The notes below the pieces were generated by a model. The model saw only the letters and a list, made by a program, of their open reading frames with translations. It searched no databases and was not told the DNA's origin. A stretch of 64,000 nt of DNA from Catajapyx aquilonaris (Eukaryota), in NCBI GenBank assembly GCA_000934665.2, contig KZ538137.1, positions 1 through 64,000 of the forward strand. Reading direction: 5' to 3'. Position numbers and translations under genes: made by a program. Positions 49,201-61,700 of this stretch are shown here, piece after piece; position 1 is the stretch's first letter, and every line of letters begins with the position of its first letter.

Positions 49201-52200
49201 GTTGCCAGGTAACACCAACACCGCGGCCGCCGAAAAATTTAGGGAATGTAATTTTGTCGGGTAGTGTACATGCCTGCATCACCAGTTGCTGGGGACAAGC
49301 GCTCGCACTCCCAGACCATTGCTCAACCAGCCTGGCCTGGCAACCAGTGATGCAGGCATGTATGGAATCCATCCTTGTCAGGATACACAAGTTGTAGATG
49401 CCAACTGTTGACATCGCCTAAATGTAGCGCTGACAGCCTTTGGGGCCCATGCCGTGCCTCTACCTAGCCCCCTGACACAAATACAATATGGTAGTTTAAT
49501 ATAAAAGGCTCCTGCAGAGGCACTGGTGAGCCCCAACAGCTGGCTACCGCTGCCAGCCACTCGAATCCATTATTCAATCCATTATCCAATTATTATCAAC
49601 AACAAAATATTTTTCACCTCCTAAGGTGCCATAAGAGTAATATAATATCACATACCAAAAAGTGCACCTTAAATTTGCACATGTTGGCAGTCACAGTTGT
49701 GTGTAATGATAGTAGGCAGCCCTCAGCAATATTATATGGCTACCCACAGATATGTGAATTAGTTACAGTATCTGAAGACAGTTACTGCATGTTGCATGGC
49801 GCTGGAAATTGCATGCTTCTCAAGGTGATTTTAGACTTTTTCTTGTCATTAAAAAAAAGTATTATAGAACGACTGTCTGTCCATCCGTGGACAGGTATCA
49901 GGGCCTAAACAGCAAAAGATAGCGGCAAACAGTTTTCATATTCAGATTAAGCGTGACCTTAATAGGTGTCATGGTCGACTTCTGGTGACCCGCCACTTCC
50001 GGTTTTCCAGGTTCGCTCTATCCGCACATGTCTACTTTACGGGTGGGTTATCGTTGGATTTCGAAATTAGTTTCCCTGGATTCCTGACCATGTGTGTCAT
50101 GGAATTAGCCAGGGTTTTACCTGGTGCTCTGGCACAGGCGCTGTGCAATTAATTCCTGATGTTGGACATGCTTGCAATGCACTTCCTAGGCCACCAGGAG
50201 AAATATTTTATGATAATCCCGCTCACATGATTTGCCAATCTTGTTTATTTTCACTTGTGTGGCCCCAGCAAGCAGGGGTATGAGTGACCAGGTTGGTGGG
50301 ATGGTCGTGTGATTTTGGTACTCTACTAACGTGGTTGCTTATGCCCCTTGCTTCCTAGAACCAAACGAGAAGAAAAATCACTTGGAGAGAAGCTGCCATT
50401 TCTAGATCTATGCAACATGCAGTGACTGTCTTCAGATACTGTAACAACCCACACTTTTATTGCGAAGTTGGAGTGAACACCCTACACACAGCATGAAATA
50501 CTTACAGTTCAACGGCAGTGAGGGCATCAAATCCTTTGAGACGCTTGTCCCAGGTGCATATGTTCCCACAATAGACACGAACAACAAGGGGATTTGGTCG
50601 GCGATCCATAAAGTCAGAGTTGAGGGGGTTCACCCTGTGGGAATTAGTCTCCAGGACAACTGGATCAACATCCACCAGGGCTATCTCCTGGACATTTGGG
50701 AGATTCTTCAGATAATGTAGGAAACGAAACTCAGCACAGCCAAAATCCACAGCCTGGAACAATGGCAAACCCAATTAATTCAAGCCCTAAATAAATAAAA
50801 CTACAGTGTGGTTTCAGCATCAGACTGTTATCGGAGAGGCACAGATTTGATTCTTAATGCTCAGTCTCCTGGACAAAATTTTCTGTGGCTTTCCCTGGTA
50901 CAGTGGAGCCTCGATTATCCGAACACCGATCAACCAAAATCTCTTAACCAAAAGTGTTCGAGTCGGCAAATTCAAATTTGCGCACAAGATTTAGAGGCAA
51001 AAAAAAAACGAGTCTCAGCTCTGAAGCAAAAGAAAATACATGTATTGGACTTCTTTTTCTAAACTGTACGCCTACTTTAATGTATGCAGTGTACTGTACT
51101 GTATAGCGTCAAGAGCTCTTGATAGCGTATACTACTTTATGTAAGGTATATGTATTTTTAAGACGTGACTGTTATACAAAATATACAGGTTTTCGGTTAC
51201 CCGAAAATTCAGTTATCTGAACACCCCCAGTCCCCATTGTTTCGGATAATCAAAGCTCCACTGTATTTCCAATGAAGGCATGAATAGTACCAAAACATAG
51301 TCCTCACTCATTTCCCGTATGGCTACTGCACAAGTTTGCAAGTCTGATTAATGAAAAAACTCCCCATCAAGAATATAATAAGTAGTGCTTTCACCCCCAC
51401 ATGGGGGTATATCACACGGACCTTTATTTTATTGGTACATTGGTGCCTATTCATTGAAGCGCCCGGGCCCACGAGCAGGATGACAGGAGGGGATGTTCAA
51501 GGTGCAGTGCTATAGTCCTTGTATGGCCATTTTTAGTGAACTCCCCCGGGTGGCTTAGTCTTTAGGAAATGCCACCCGAGACGAAGCCAGAGGTGACCCT
51601 GAACTCTGCACGAGATGAAGGGGGTGTTCCCGGGCGGGATTTGATCCCAGGACCTTAACATCCGTGAGCGCATACGTTACCACAGCGCCACTTTGCCTCC
51701 CCTCCCATCAAGAATATAACACTTTATCTAGAGGAGCATGTCTTAACCTTTTTACCCTTGCAGAACCCTTGAAATAATGTTCACGTCTCAGAGACCCATA
51801 CATAAACATTATTATACAGTATATCAATTAATATTCTCAATAACACATTTACACATGATCAGCCAATTCATCACTATTGTTTATTTCCCTCCACCAGCAG
51901 GCAAGATTAGATGGCAATATGGACACTGTCCCTATCTTGGTTTTAGTGTGCCAGGAATGGCTCCAAATGCCTCAGCAACCAAAGAAAATGTGAAAAGGCA
52001 AATGGGTTAAGTTCTGGATGGCTACTGTGCCTGCACAACTTTAATAGTTAATTCTGGCAATCACATACATACCGGTACATCATTTCTTCAATTTGAACTC
52101 ATTACCTTTTTCAGGTACCCTTTCCATTGGCAATTCTGCAGAATATCGAGTACCCTGCTGTAGCGCTGCACATAAAGGGGTGGAAAGAAGGACACCCCAA

Positions 52201-52860
52201 CTTTGTCCCCCAGGTCACACCCCTCAACTGTCTTGCTTGCTGGCACCTCCTCCTCCTTCACGCAGGAACCGTCATCACTGAACAAGTTTAGGTCACTCCT
52301 CTTCCCATCCAAGCTTGATGAAGAGAGGTCTGCGCATGTCTTGTAACCACTATCATTGTGTGGCTCTAAGGTCTTGTCATGACACAGAAAAGAGCATGAA
52401 TCTATATTCTCGGTGTTGTCGTCACTCAGCAGAAGTCTGTTTGAAGATACAGAGTTGCTTCTGGAATAATAAAATCAGTTATGAGAAACCATTACAGAAA
52501 GTAAAATATAGGGAGTCAACTGATTTTAACGCGAGAATTTTTGTGTGCAGTCATTTAGGACGTAGTGTGTAAATTCAATGCTCCCAGTGCTTTCACAAAT
52601 TGGAAGGGTATGACTAGCACAACACAGACAAGATTTTCCCACCTATCTTCACTGCCACAGGGTCTAATAATGTCAAAGGTGACATCCTTGAACAGACTCT
52701 GCACCCCATCATCCAGAGATCCATCATCCGTCACCGGCATCACAGTACTATCGTCCTTGTCCCTGGCCCGTCGTGGAGGGTACGCGGGAGGCTGGACAAA
52801 TCCCAACCTGGCCAGCAAATGTCGGATGACAATGAACAGGCCATGGAACACCACAATCAT
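43259..52860 (-). CDS. HENMT1: Small RNA 2'-O-methyltransferase Hen1. Exons (minus) 52860-52643, 52460-52106, 50753-50506, 47237-47055, 46014-45517, 45177-44582, 43446-43259 (~761 aa); read-through of the exon-6 donor stops at 44577 (~700 aa)
   Basis: Hen1 methyltransferase motifs: FFPPLYVQRY (FxPP), SAM-binding VDFGCAE, VDVD, FDALTAVELIEHL, FTTPNADFNVLF, FRHPDHKFEWTRAEFEAW, FDGIG and CSQIAIF. All junctions are GT-AG with consistent phase. The last exon is less certain than the catalytic exons. Confidence 0.94.
45315..45491. mobile_element. Degraded TA-flanked Tc1/pogo-type MITE in Hen1 intron 5
   Basis: TA-CAGTGAAACCTGTCTGTAACGG...CCACTACAAACAGGTGTCACAG-TA, with imperfect TIRs. A related fragment appears near 46416-46540. 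Confidence 0.5.
48186..48489. mobile_element. Palindromic Tc1/mariner-type MITE inserted at TA in the left arm of the foldback
   Basis: TA-CAGTCC...GGACTG-TA. It is self-complementary along nearly its full length (centre ~48337), and removing it restores continuity of the outer arm. Confidence 0.8.
49269..49360. mobile_element. Small TA-flanked hairpin MITE in the right arm of the foldback
   Basis: TA-CATGCCTGCATCAC...GTGATGCAGGCATG-TA; absent from the partner arm. Confidence 0.65.
50901..51263. mobile_element. Tc1/mariner (pogo/Tigger-like) MITE, 363 bp, in Hen1 intron 2
   Basis: TA-CAGTGGAGCCTCGATTATCCGAA...TTCGGATAATCAAAGCTCCACTG-TA; 23-bp TIRs with 2 mismatches. Confidence 0.85.
51379..51703 (-). 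mobile_element. tRNA-derived SINE (copy c) with a 16-bp target-site duplication
   Basis: TSD CCCATCAAGAATATAA at 51363-51378 and 51704-51719. The head GGGAGGCAAAGTGGCGCTGTGGTAACG...GGGATCAAATCCCG has A/B-box-like motifs, the body matches copy a, and there is a 3' stem-loop ACCCCCATGTGGGGGT. Confidence 0.88.
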
Positions 52861-53860
52861 TGCTCATTGTTCGATGTCTGGACGGGTGATCAGGGCAGCA
52901 ACAGCGGGGACGGTGAACGTCACCGGTAGAGACTTCAGGGCTGGGCGTTCGATTTAGAGTATGGAGGACGGGGATCACCCAAACCTACCGTGGAATGACG
53001 ACTAGAAATTTGAGACACCACCGAATGCCTGTCGGAAAATAAACACTCGCCGGATCCAAATTCCAGAACGTGTTGGGCGAAATGTAACGTAGCTGTTTTA
53101 GTAGCCGCTTTCCAGTCAGCTGTTCTTTTTATAGTTCTTGCTGGATACGGGTTTAGCTAATCCAATAATTACTCAGCTAAACTTGCATCAATGCGAATTG
53201 AACCCTTTTATTTATACACAAAAAATTCCGGCACATTTATCCAATCAAATCCAACGTTGCAGGCGTTTATGACGTTGAACAGGGGTATCCATACTTGTCA
53301 GGATAGACCTCGTCGACGTCAAAAATAATGTCGCAGACGGCCTTTCGGAGATTAGGTCATTAGGACCCATGCCATGCTTCTTACATACACATTTTCTACC
53401 ACACATATCATTTTGGCAGATGGATTCATGCATAACATGTCACGTAGATATTAGAGAGGCTCTAATAGATAGGGGAAACAATATTTAACCATGGGACACC
53501 ATACAGTAATGAGACACTTATGCATATTAATTTGTGTAGTGAAAGTAGTGATCATTTTTCTTTTGGAACTTTTAATTACTGACCAAAAATGACAGTAAAG
53601 TAGAATTTCAAAATTACAGTTGTTCCTTGAAAGAGAACATTTTGAAGATCCCGAAGAAAAAAATCAAACTGCAGATATAATTACTGTGGGTCATGTGACG
53701 ATGTGAACTTGGTAAATGTCTTAAGTGTACCATAAATGTACTGATGGTTTACCTATACATAAAAGGAAGCAGACTTATAGCCGGACATTTTTTGAGAGTA
53801 CGTAGGCTACTCACATAGATACTTATGTGGTATCAGAAAAATTTAGCAGCATACATATTT

Positions 53861-53969
53861 GGGACAGCTTTGATATGGGATAAATGTTGCAAATAATATT
53901 CATACACGTCGGTGGATACGTGTACGCGGATATCATGTTCAGGCATTTATCCCATTTCAAAGCTGTCCC
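53861..53969. repeat. Imperfect inverted repeat (26-bp arms), probable old MITE
   Basis: GGGACAGCTTTGATATGGGATAAATG (53861-53886) vs CATTTATCCCATTTCAAAGCTGTCCC (53944-53969), 1 mismatch. Confidence 0.7.
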
Positions 53970-55704
53970 GTTTTATAGATATGTAAAAAAAAAAAATCCG
54001 AAACACTCCAGGTAGGACAAGCATATCTGATAGTACAGAATTTTCATCCTGTTTTAGAAATATCCCTGGCAAAAAATTTAATCTTATTTGACTAAGCACT
54101 TCTGCAAGAAGTGTTACACTCCGACCAGTGAGTGAACAGTGTGCCTTGATATTTCACTTAAGCTTCTATGAAAAAGTAGCCTACATATAAAGCTTTTACC
54201 GGCTTTTACTCGCGAGTCATCGAAATCAGATATCCTGGTAGCATATGCCTGCATTTTAATAATGGATATGTTAACCCTGGATCGTAGGGAAAGTCGGCAG
54301 GTGATTTTCACTTAATTTTCCCAAAGCTCAGAAACTGTTTCCCATAACCAACAAAATATACGCTGTTGTAAGTCTTGATGTCTAATCTCATCTTACACTG
54401 TCTACATTGACCGAGGCGATTAGTCTAGCGGCTAGATGTTGGAAGTTCGGGAGATCCTGGACCATCCTGACAGGAGGCTTTCCATGTGTTGTCACAGGTT
54501 AATTCCACGGTAGCTCTCTTCTAGTTACTGTAACACCTTTCGTTTATCGACCGTCTCAAATATAATATTTTGCAAAAATGTTGATTACTTTTATCCACTA
54601 ACTCGCATGTTCAATGCAGGTCACATCTAGAAAGTAATTCCAATTTCTGCCATGAGATTGTTATTACCACCTCCAACACAAAAATTCCGAAAAATTGTCC
54701 GCACAGTAGGACCTATTTATTATTCCACGAAAGTCGCAACCGAGCAAATTTCAGCGGTATTTTTTCTCCATACGACTTAGATTCCGTGAGCGCAATAGTC
54801 ATGGGGACACCAGTACCACCGGGAAATGCTTAGCAACCACCAGCTTTAGGTCGTTTAAGTGGATGTGTCCCATGCGGGTACCTCTTGACGGGCCACGACT
54901 TCCAATCGCCATTGCTGCAGTTCTTTCGAGACCACCAGGATGCCACTTGCGAGTTGAAGATAAAACCCCACCGAAAGCCCTCTCGATTTATAGTAGACTA
55001 TATTCCCACTCTCCCAAATTCCATTTACATACATTTGTATGTAACCACTCGTTTAAATCACTTCAGCAAGCTCACACCTCCCCAAACTTCCAGGTAATCC
55101 AATTATTCAGCTAAACTTGCATCAATGCCTCCCAATTTGGCTCAATAGTGTCAATACCCTACATGTTTCAGATATCCTTGAATTATTTTTAAAAAATATA
55201 ATTTTTAAAATGAGAAAACTATATTTTTACTAAAATTCGAACAATAATTGTATAAGTGTCCTATATGTAGGACACTAGGAATATCTAGGCTAAACATACA
55301 CATACACCTCTAGGCTTGCGATTATAGCTATAGTACACGGTGTATAGTATAGTGCGAGAGTTGGGGGCAGATGCGGGCGATCGATGTTTTGGGTGGTAGG
55401 CAAGGAAGGAAGGCAATCCCAGTTGGAGCCTAGTTGGCCCATCTGGGGGCATGGCAGGGGCGGGGGTGGGGCGCCCTGGCTCCATCCTGATAAAAGGCGG
55501 GGGCAGGGCTGGCCGGAGAAACAGTCGGCCGCGCGGCTGCTGACAGGTCGGTTGGTCCATTACATCTGTCTCTCAGCATCATCACGAGGTCATGGCTGAC
55601 TACTCAGGGCATGGAGAGTTGACCTGGGAGGGCCTCGGAGGTCGGAGGCGATGCGGAGACTGAACCTGTATTGCTGCCATAATATTAGATAACAAGTGTG
55701 AACC

Positions 55705-58700
55705 ATGCGCCGACTTTCCATCCTTCTCCTACTCCTCTACCTCTCGCAGCACTTCTTCGTCACTTCTGAAGGTATGTATTGTGGACCGCATGTGGTGGGC
55801 CACGTGGGTCACTCAAATTGGGGCGGGTTGGTCTATATAACCTATAACATTTTGTATAGATGATCAATAGTTATGTTGAATTGGATCGACCACGGTGCAT
55901 TTCTGGTATTGTGGCATCGATATTCCGGATATCGCAGTTTCCAGATTCCACGGCCTGGCACTATGTCAATTTTTTGTATAGGTAAATTGAACTCATTAGC
56001 TTATCCAGGTACACTATTTGAGCAACTAATAGCCGGCCCTGGCATTATTCCTAACTAACGAGTAAAATGTCCTCTTTACGCTTAAATGTCCTTTCCATGC
56101 CCTGGCATGCTGTTGTTCGTGGGGTTTTAGCCAGACCCTTCACGGCCGTCCATCAGGCCAGGCGAGATAAAACGTATCCAACGGAGACATCTAATTACCG
56201 TTCCTAATAGTTCCATCCGCAAAACAACGTAAAGGGGTTTCACTAGTGAGCCCCCATTTATCAAGGCTCCCCCCAGAAAATACTGTAATGCCTGTACATT
56301 CCAAAGAGCTCTAAAAAAAGTCTGAATCAAAGTTTTCCACATTATTTGCTAAATTTTAGTTTCAAATTATTAGTTTACATCCTGATTTCGTATTCATTAG
56401 CAATTTATGCTTCAAAAAAGGAGCATCCTCTAATTTAGGACAACGCAACACAATCACAGGGAACGAGCCATGGGAAAAGACATAGCGGGGAATTAGGCTA
56501 CATTCGTATACTGATCCTGCCTAATAAAAACGTATTTGCAGGGGAAATTTGGTGCGGAATTGGAGCGTACAGGACTAACCTGACTCAGTCCCTTGCAAAG
56601 ATAAAGCGTCCTTTGGGAACAACAAAATATCGCTGGTTTTGAGCGAAAAAAATAACGCTCGCCTTTGAGCGGTGCTTTTCCTCGACGCGAATTCCTGCCA
56701 TTTCTGCCTATTAGTCACGTTCCATCTGTTTCTCGAATATTCAACAACCCGCAACAACCACATGAGGCTCAAATTGCCCCATTTTTTTTGTTATGCCCAC
56801 AGATATGCAAATGAAGGTAAAGGCCCGGTTTTTTATTTTCCGACTCACTTGTTCCGTACGTGACGTATGGGAACGTTCATCATTTAATTCCAGATCAGTT
56901 ACAATGCATGTAATATTCATATGCACAGGCAGGGATGAACCTGGATCCAAAATTTTGGAAGTGAGCCGAGGGGTGTCCTTATTACAAAGACGTGCATCGA
57001 TTTCAATTTTCTATCGGCATGCTTTGGAAGTTTGTACTTAAGCCCAGTGGAAAACTCATTACTGCTATTGCACCCTTCCGCCTTACAATAGTACGCCAGG
57101 GAATATGAGGACCATGAGGGTGGGCTATCACGAAAGTTCGTAATCGTAAAGTACCTTTAAAAGCAGTGTGTGCAGTGCAAACACTGCAATGAACGTACGG
57201 GATCTGAAATTCGATGAAGACTTTGGCTGCTTTCCAGATATAAAAGCCAGTTTCAGAGGTTTTGAGGTTTTAGACAGCAGTGGTATGACAGCCCCAAAAC
57301 TTTCCACTGGGACACTCTCCATCATGTGCTGCTTTTTAAACAAGTCATAAGACTCATAACCTATGGGGGGGAAAAACGAGTTTTGAAAAACCAATGTATG
57401 GCATAGTAAAACGTAGCTATCTTTTGAAACTATTGATTCAATATTCTATACACACTATTACTGTATGCTCGCAAAATATATGGTATAGCAAGAGGCGGGG
57501 TTTGATGTGACCGGTATGGGCGATACGGGACCCCCGTTGTTCGTATGATGGATGCGAAATGAGTAACATGGGAAATCCCACAAGCCTTTTTTCTCCGTCC
57601 TGAAATGCTGTCCTTAGTATATGAGACTGGAGCCTGGTGATGGGCAACATGTGAGCAGCTTCTGTTTTAACGTGGAAAAAAACGGATAACAGATGCCTAC
57701 AAGAACGTACGCAAAATAATATGGTATTGTAAATTCAAAATGTATTTTGCATACAATTTTTTAATGTATTATATAAACAGATTTTGAGAAACTGCCCTTT
57801 CTCCAAATGTACTGTGCTGCATAATTATGGCAAGATGTACAGTATAGCTTTAAAAAATAGTTCAGGTCCGCAAAAAATACTTCTGCTAGCGACTGTACAC
57901 TATTTTTCGCTCAACTTGACCCTGAAGGGTTTTCAGTGAGAGTTTTCAGTTTTTGTACCAGTGCACATACGCATTATTCAAGAATGTTGACCTTACCTTG
58001 TATACTATATGTTCTGCACGTATTTACATCGGCGTATATATGCCTGTGCACGCGTATCGAACTATAATTATCCATTCCCATTGCTAATGGTTTAATCCAT
58101 ACTCCGGTTTTGCCACATGTAAATGTATTTTTGTTCTGTCCATATGCACCCATCGGTTTCCTCTTATCACGACAAATCCCTATCGATCCTGACTATTCTC
58201 GCTGAATATTGTTACGGGCAACACGTGTGGCTTCAATCGCTGGGAAATCTAGGAGGGGGTTGAACATAGTGCTTCCCGCCTGCACTCTGATTTCGCCATA
58301 AATTCCACTTGTTTTTCCCCTGCATGTGTAACCTCCAACATCGAGCGAAACAAGCATTTCAAAGGACACACCTTGGGGGAATGGACAAAAAAAAAATCCA
58401 CTTATTTTCCCTACTACATTCCTAGAGGGTTTGAAACGTTTAATTCATTTGGTCCAGAGTTAATATTGCAACCTGTTGTTTTATGTATCAAACAATGCAT
58501 AATTACAGAAGGTAGGCACCAATAGGTAGAGGACAAGAAAAGTCATGGGAATATAATTATCTCATCTCGCAGCCTGAACCATACAGTGAGCAAAAATGTG
58601 AACGAGAAAAATGAAATTTTGAAGGGCTTCGTCATACAATTTTTAAAATCGTACCGTATATTTCCAGAACCGTTTCTTTTTTTTTCCCTATATGAATGAA

Positions 58701-61700
58701 AAGGGCGGTACACATTATGATCGATTATAATTCACACCATTATGCCCGATTTTCACACAGTTCCTCATTTTAGCGAGACCCAGATTTATTCAGCTGTTAA
58801 CCTACCCGATTCTGAATATGAAATATTTAGATTCCATTACACATCCTACCGATACAATCACATTCGATTCTATCATTGACATTGTTCACACTCTTTATCT
58901 AGGATATGAAATTTCATCCCATCAACGACGTTCATGACCCCCCATATTTTTTTAAAGGCCCTATGAAGCACCCAATTAATCTCACCCTGCCTTCAATTTC
59001 ATACTCTTAAAATCCTCGGGAATAAAACAGCGCAACATGGTTTCCTCTTGGGCCCTGGTCCAAAACTATACTGCAGGAGGCTTCTGGGGGGGCAGTCGAG
59101 AGAGCAAAAGCAAGCCTTTTCCAAGCAATTATCATCAGCAGCAGTGATATCGACTTTGGTAAAGGCGGGGATGGAATTAATTCCGTCCACGTTTGTCGTG
59201 GCTTGGGGAGGGCCAGTTGGGACGGTTTGTTGGGGAGAACCATGATATGATATACGAGTTGGCCCGTGAATCAAATGGTGGCAACTTGTGGCGATAGCTT
59301 CTCCGGCACTGTTAAAGCCCCCAGGAAGTGCCTGGATTTACTTGCTAGCACAGGCCGATAGGAAATAATGATATATGACCTAGGGGAAGAAATTATACGA
59401 GGCTGGACTGCTATGCACCACATGGCATAACAACTCTTTGGCTAGCCCTTCCTCATTCCCATGGAGTGCTACCAGGGGCAAAGCTGGAGGGAGAAGAAAA
59501 AAGATGGCGACAAAAACCGCAGCAGATGCAGCTGGCATTTTCTGTTCTTTTTTTTATGGTACTGGGGAGTGCAACCCTACAAAGCTATCCTGAGGAGACA
59601 CATTCGCACTCAACTAAACATATGAGGCAAAAGGTACAGTCCTGAGCAAAAAGATAGAGACGGATCCACCTCTAGTTCGGTAAAATTCCGGTAATGTCGC
59701 TGTTCATTATTTTTATTTAAAAAATGGACGGTATAACTATTTGGTCGAAATGATATTGAAATCGATCCGTATATGTTCCGCATTTCCTTTTTCGCACGCT
59801 TCACCTCTCATCCGCGTCTCGTCAGAGTCTGCACCCCAAAAACCTGACATGGAAAAGACCCATAACTCGCAGACCCCTTGGCCTGGCTCCAAATGGCCCG
59901 AGAGAGACACGGTGCGAGGTTCTTGGCCGCATTTCATTACCTCTGGATACGCCCTTGCCAAGTGAACAAGAATGAATGGCACCCACTCCGCCATCTTTAT
60001 TATCTCAGTCTTATGCCAATTTTGAACCCGGCTTTTCGAGCGTGAAAGTCGGCGTCCGAAGGTATGGGTACGATGTACGGTGTTTCTAATGGGAGTAATT
60101 CCAGTTTCATACATGCAGCTAACTTTTCTCGTGAGTGTCTCCATATATGAGTCCATTTGGTATATAAACTGCCGCCATTTATTTGCAGAGACGAAGAGGC
60201 CGTGGAGACGTTTTCTGTACCACCTGCTGAGGGACGAAGAGGCAGATGAACCCCCACCAGACCTGCAGGTATTCAAGAACCCTCGAAATGCACCCTCAGA
60301 AACATGCCCCCGAGACGAGGTGCAGGCTCAGAACCAGGTCAGTTGTTACTCTTGTTAGACAGTACTTTTTAGTTTTATACTGTACTGGCAAATTTGCATT
60401 TTATGCCCGTTGCCCCCAAAATGCAAATAGTCTTCGAGGCTGTGTATGTTTCAACCGGAAAACATATGGGAGCTTCTTCTTTTTTTGATTTAGCATTTTC
60501 TACAGTGCACTGCAGAAACACATTGGGGAAAAAGTACGGTCAGCGGGTTTTGTAAATGGCCCATGACGTTTCACTGCAGTCTGCAAAAAACCGACTGTAT
60601 GTGGTAGCTTGTACAAAAGTTGTGTCTAGAAGAAAAGCGATAACTTCGCACTCTCGTTAAAATATCCTGCAAAACATGAAAATGGTTTCACAAAGGCCGG
60701 GTTTTATTACTAACGAGGGAATAACTAAAGGGGCCTATAATTTTGCGAGTGCTGCAGGTACACTTGACCCCTTCTAAAATTGACTCGAAACTGATACAGG
60801 CATTCGATTTAGTTAGCCCGCTCAAATAACAGTGGCACAATATAAAATTTTATTGATCAACTGCTTAGGTACGCAAGGATAGTACTATACCACTAACAGA
60901 ATAGAGCTTTGTAGACTCTACCTACCCTCCTATGTTCAATAACCCGCATCAAACCTTGTTTGCATTGTGCACTTTCCAATCTACTGTGAAGTGCATTGTT
61001 GACGAGGGCGCCCTACTCACCAACTGTACAGTATAGCACACAAAAAATTTAACCCCCAAAGTGGGCGGTAACGAGCACCGTCCCCATTATAAAGAAGCCT
61101 TTTGACTCTGTAACCCCCATTGGGTGCTATAAATGCTAAAAAAACAAACTGACCCAAAAATTCATCGTACATAATGATTGTGTTTAAAAACTGTCGAACT
61201 TATGTGAATTATTTTGCAATATTACAGTTGATTTTGGCGATTCCTCGGTACACACATCGGTGTTTGTTACAACCCCCAATACCCATACCTGCCCATACCC
61301 ATGGGTAATATAGAGGGTGTATATATATCCTATGCGTCAGGCTATCCATGAGGCATGGATGTATAGCAGTTGGTATAACACGCAGGATGAACAGTCTTTT
61401 TCTAATCAACCTGTCATTACAGAAAAAAAATGAACTCGCGGTGATTATAAAGCTTGAGCAATCATTTGAACCAATAAATATTCCCCTCATGTCACCAACT
61501 GCTCTTGAAACCCCACCATAAATATTCACTAGCACACCCAGCCAAATTAGCGAGTTATCACAATATTTTGAGCTTATTCGAGCCGGAATGCCGTCTGCTT
61601 ACAAAACAAATCGGGGTTTTAAAAACTAGAACCGTCCCATCACACAGCAGTGGTACGACCCTTTCCTGTTGTGAATGCGGAAGGGATTGCTGCTAATCTG

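Larger units (their letters stand above)
47751..49474. repeat. Long imperfect foldback element (centre ~48730) carrying two nested hairpin MITEs, in Hen1 intron 3
   Basis: The arms pair over hundreds of bases. Examples: AATGATGTTAGAAGCAAGCCACTTTGGGA (~48105) with TCCCAAAGTGGCTTGCTTCTAACATCATT (~49012); TATCCTGACAAG (47831) with CTTGTCAGGATA (49374); ACTGAGGAGGGGGAGGGGGTG (48510) with CACCCCCTCCCCCTCCTCAGT (48930). Outer boundaries are approximate. Confidence 0.9.
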
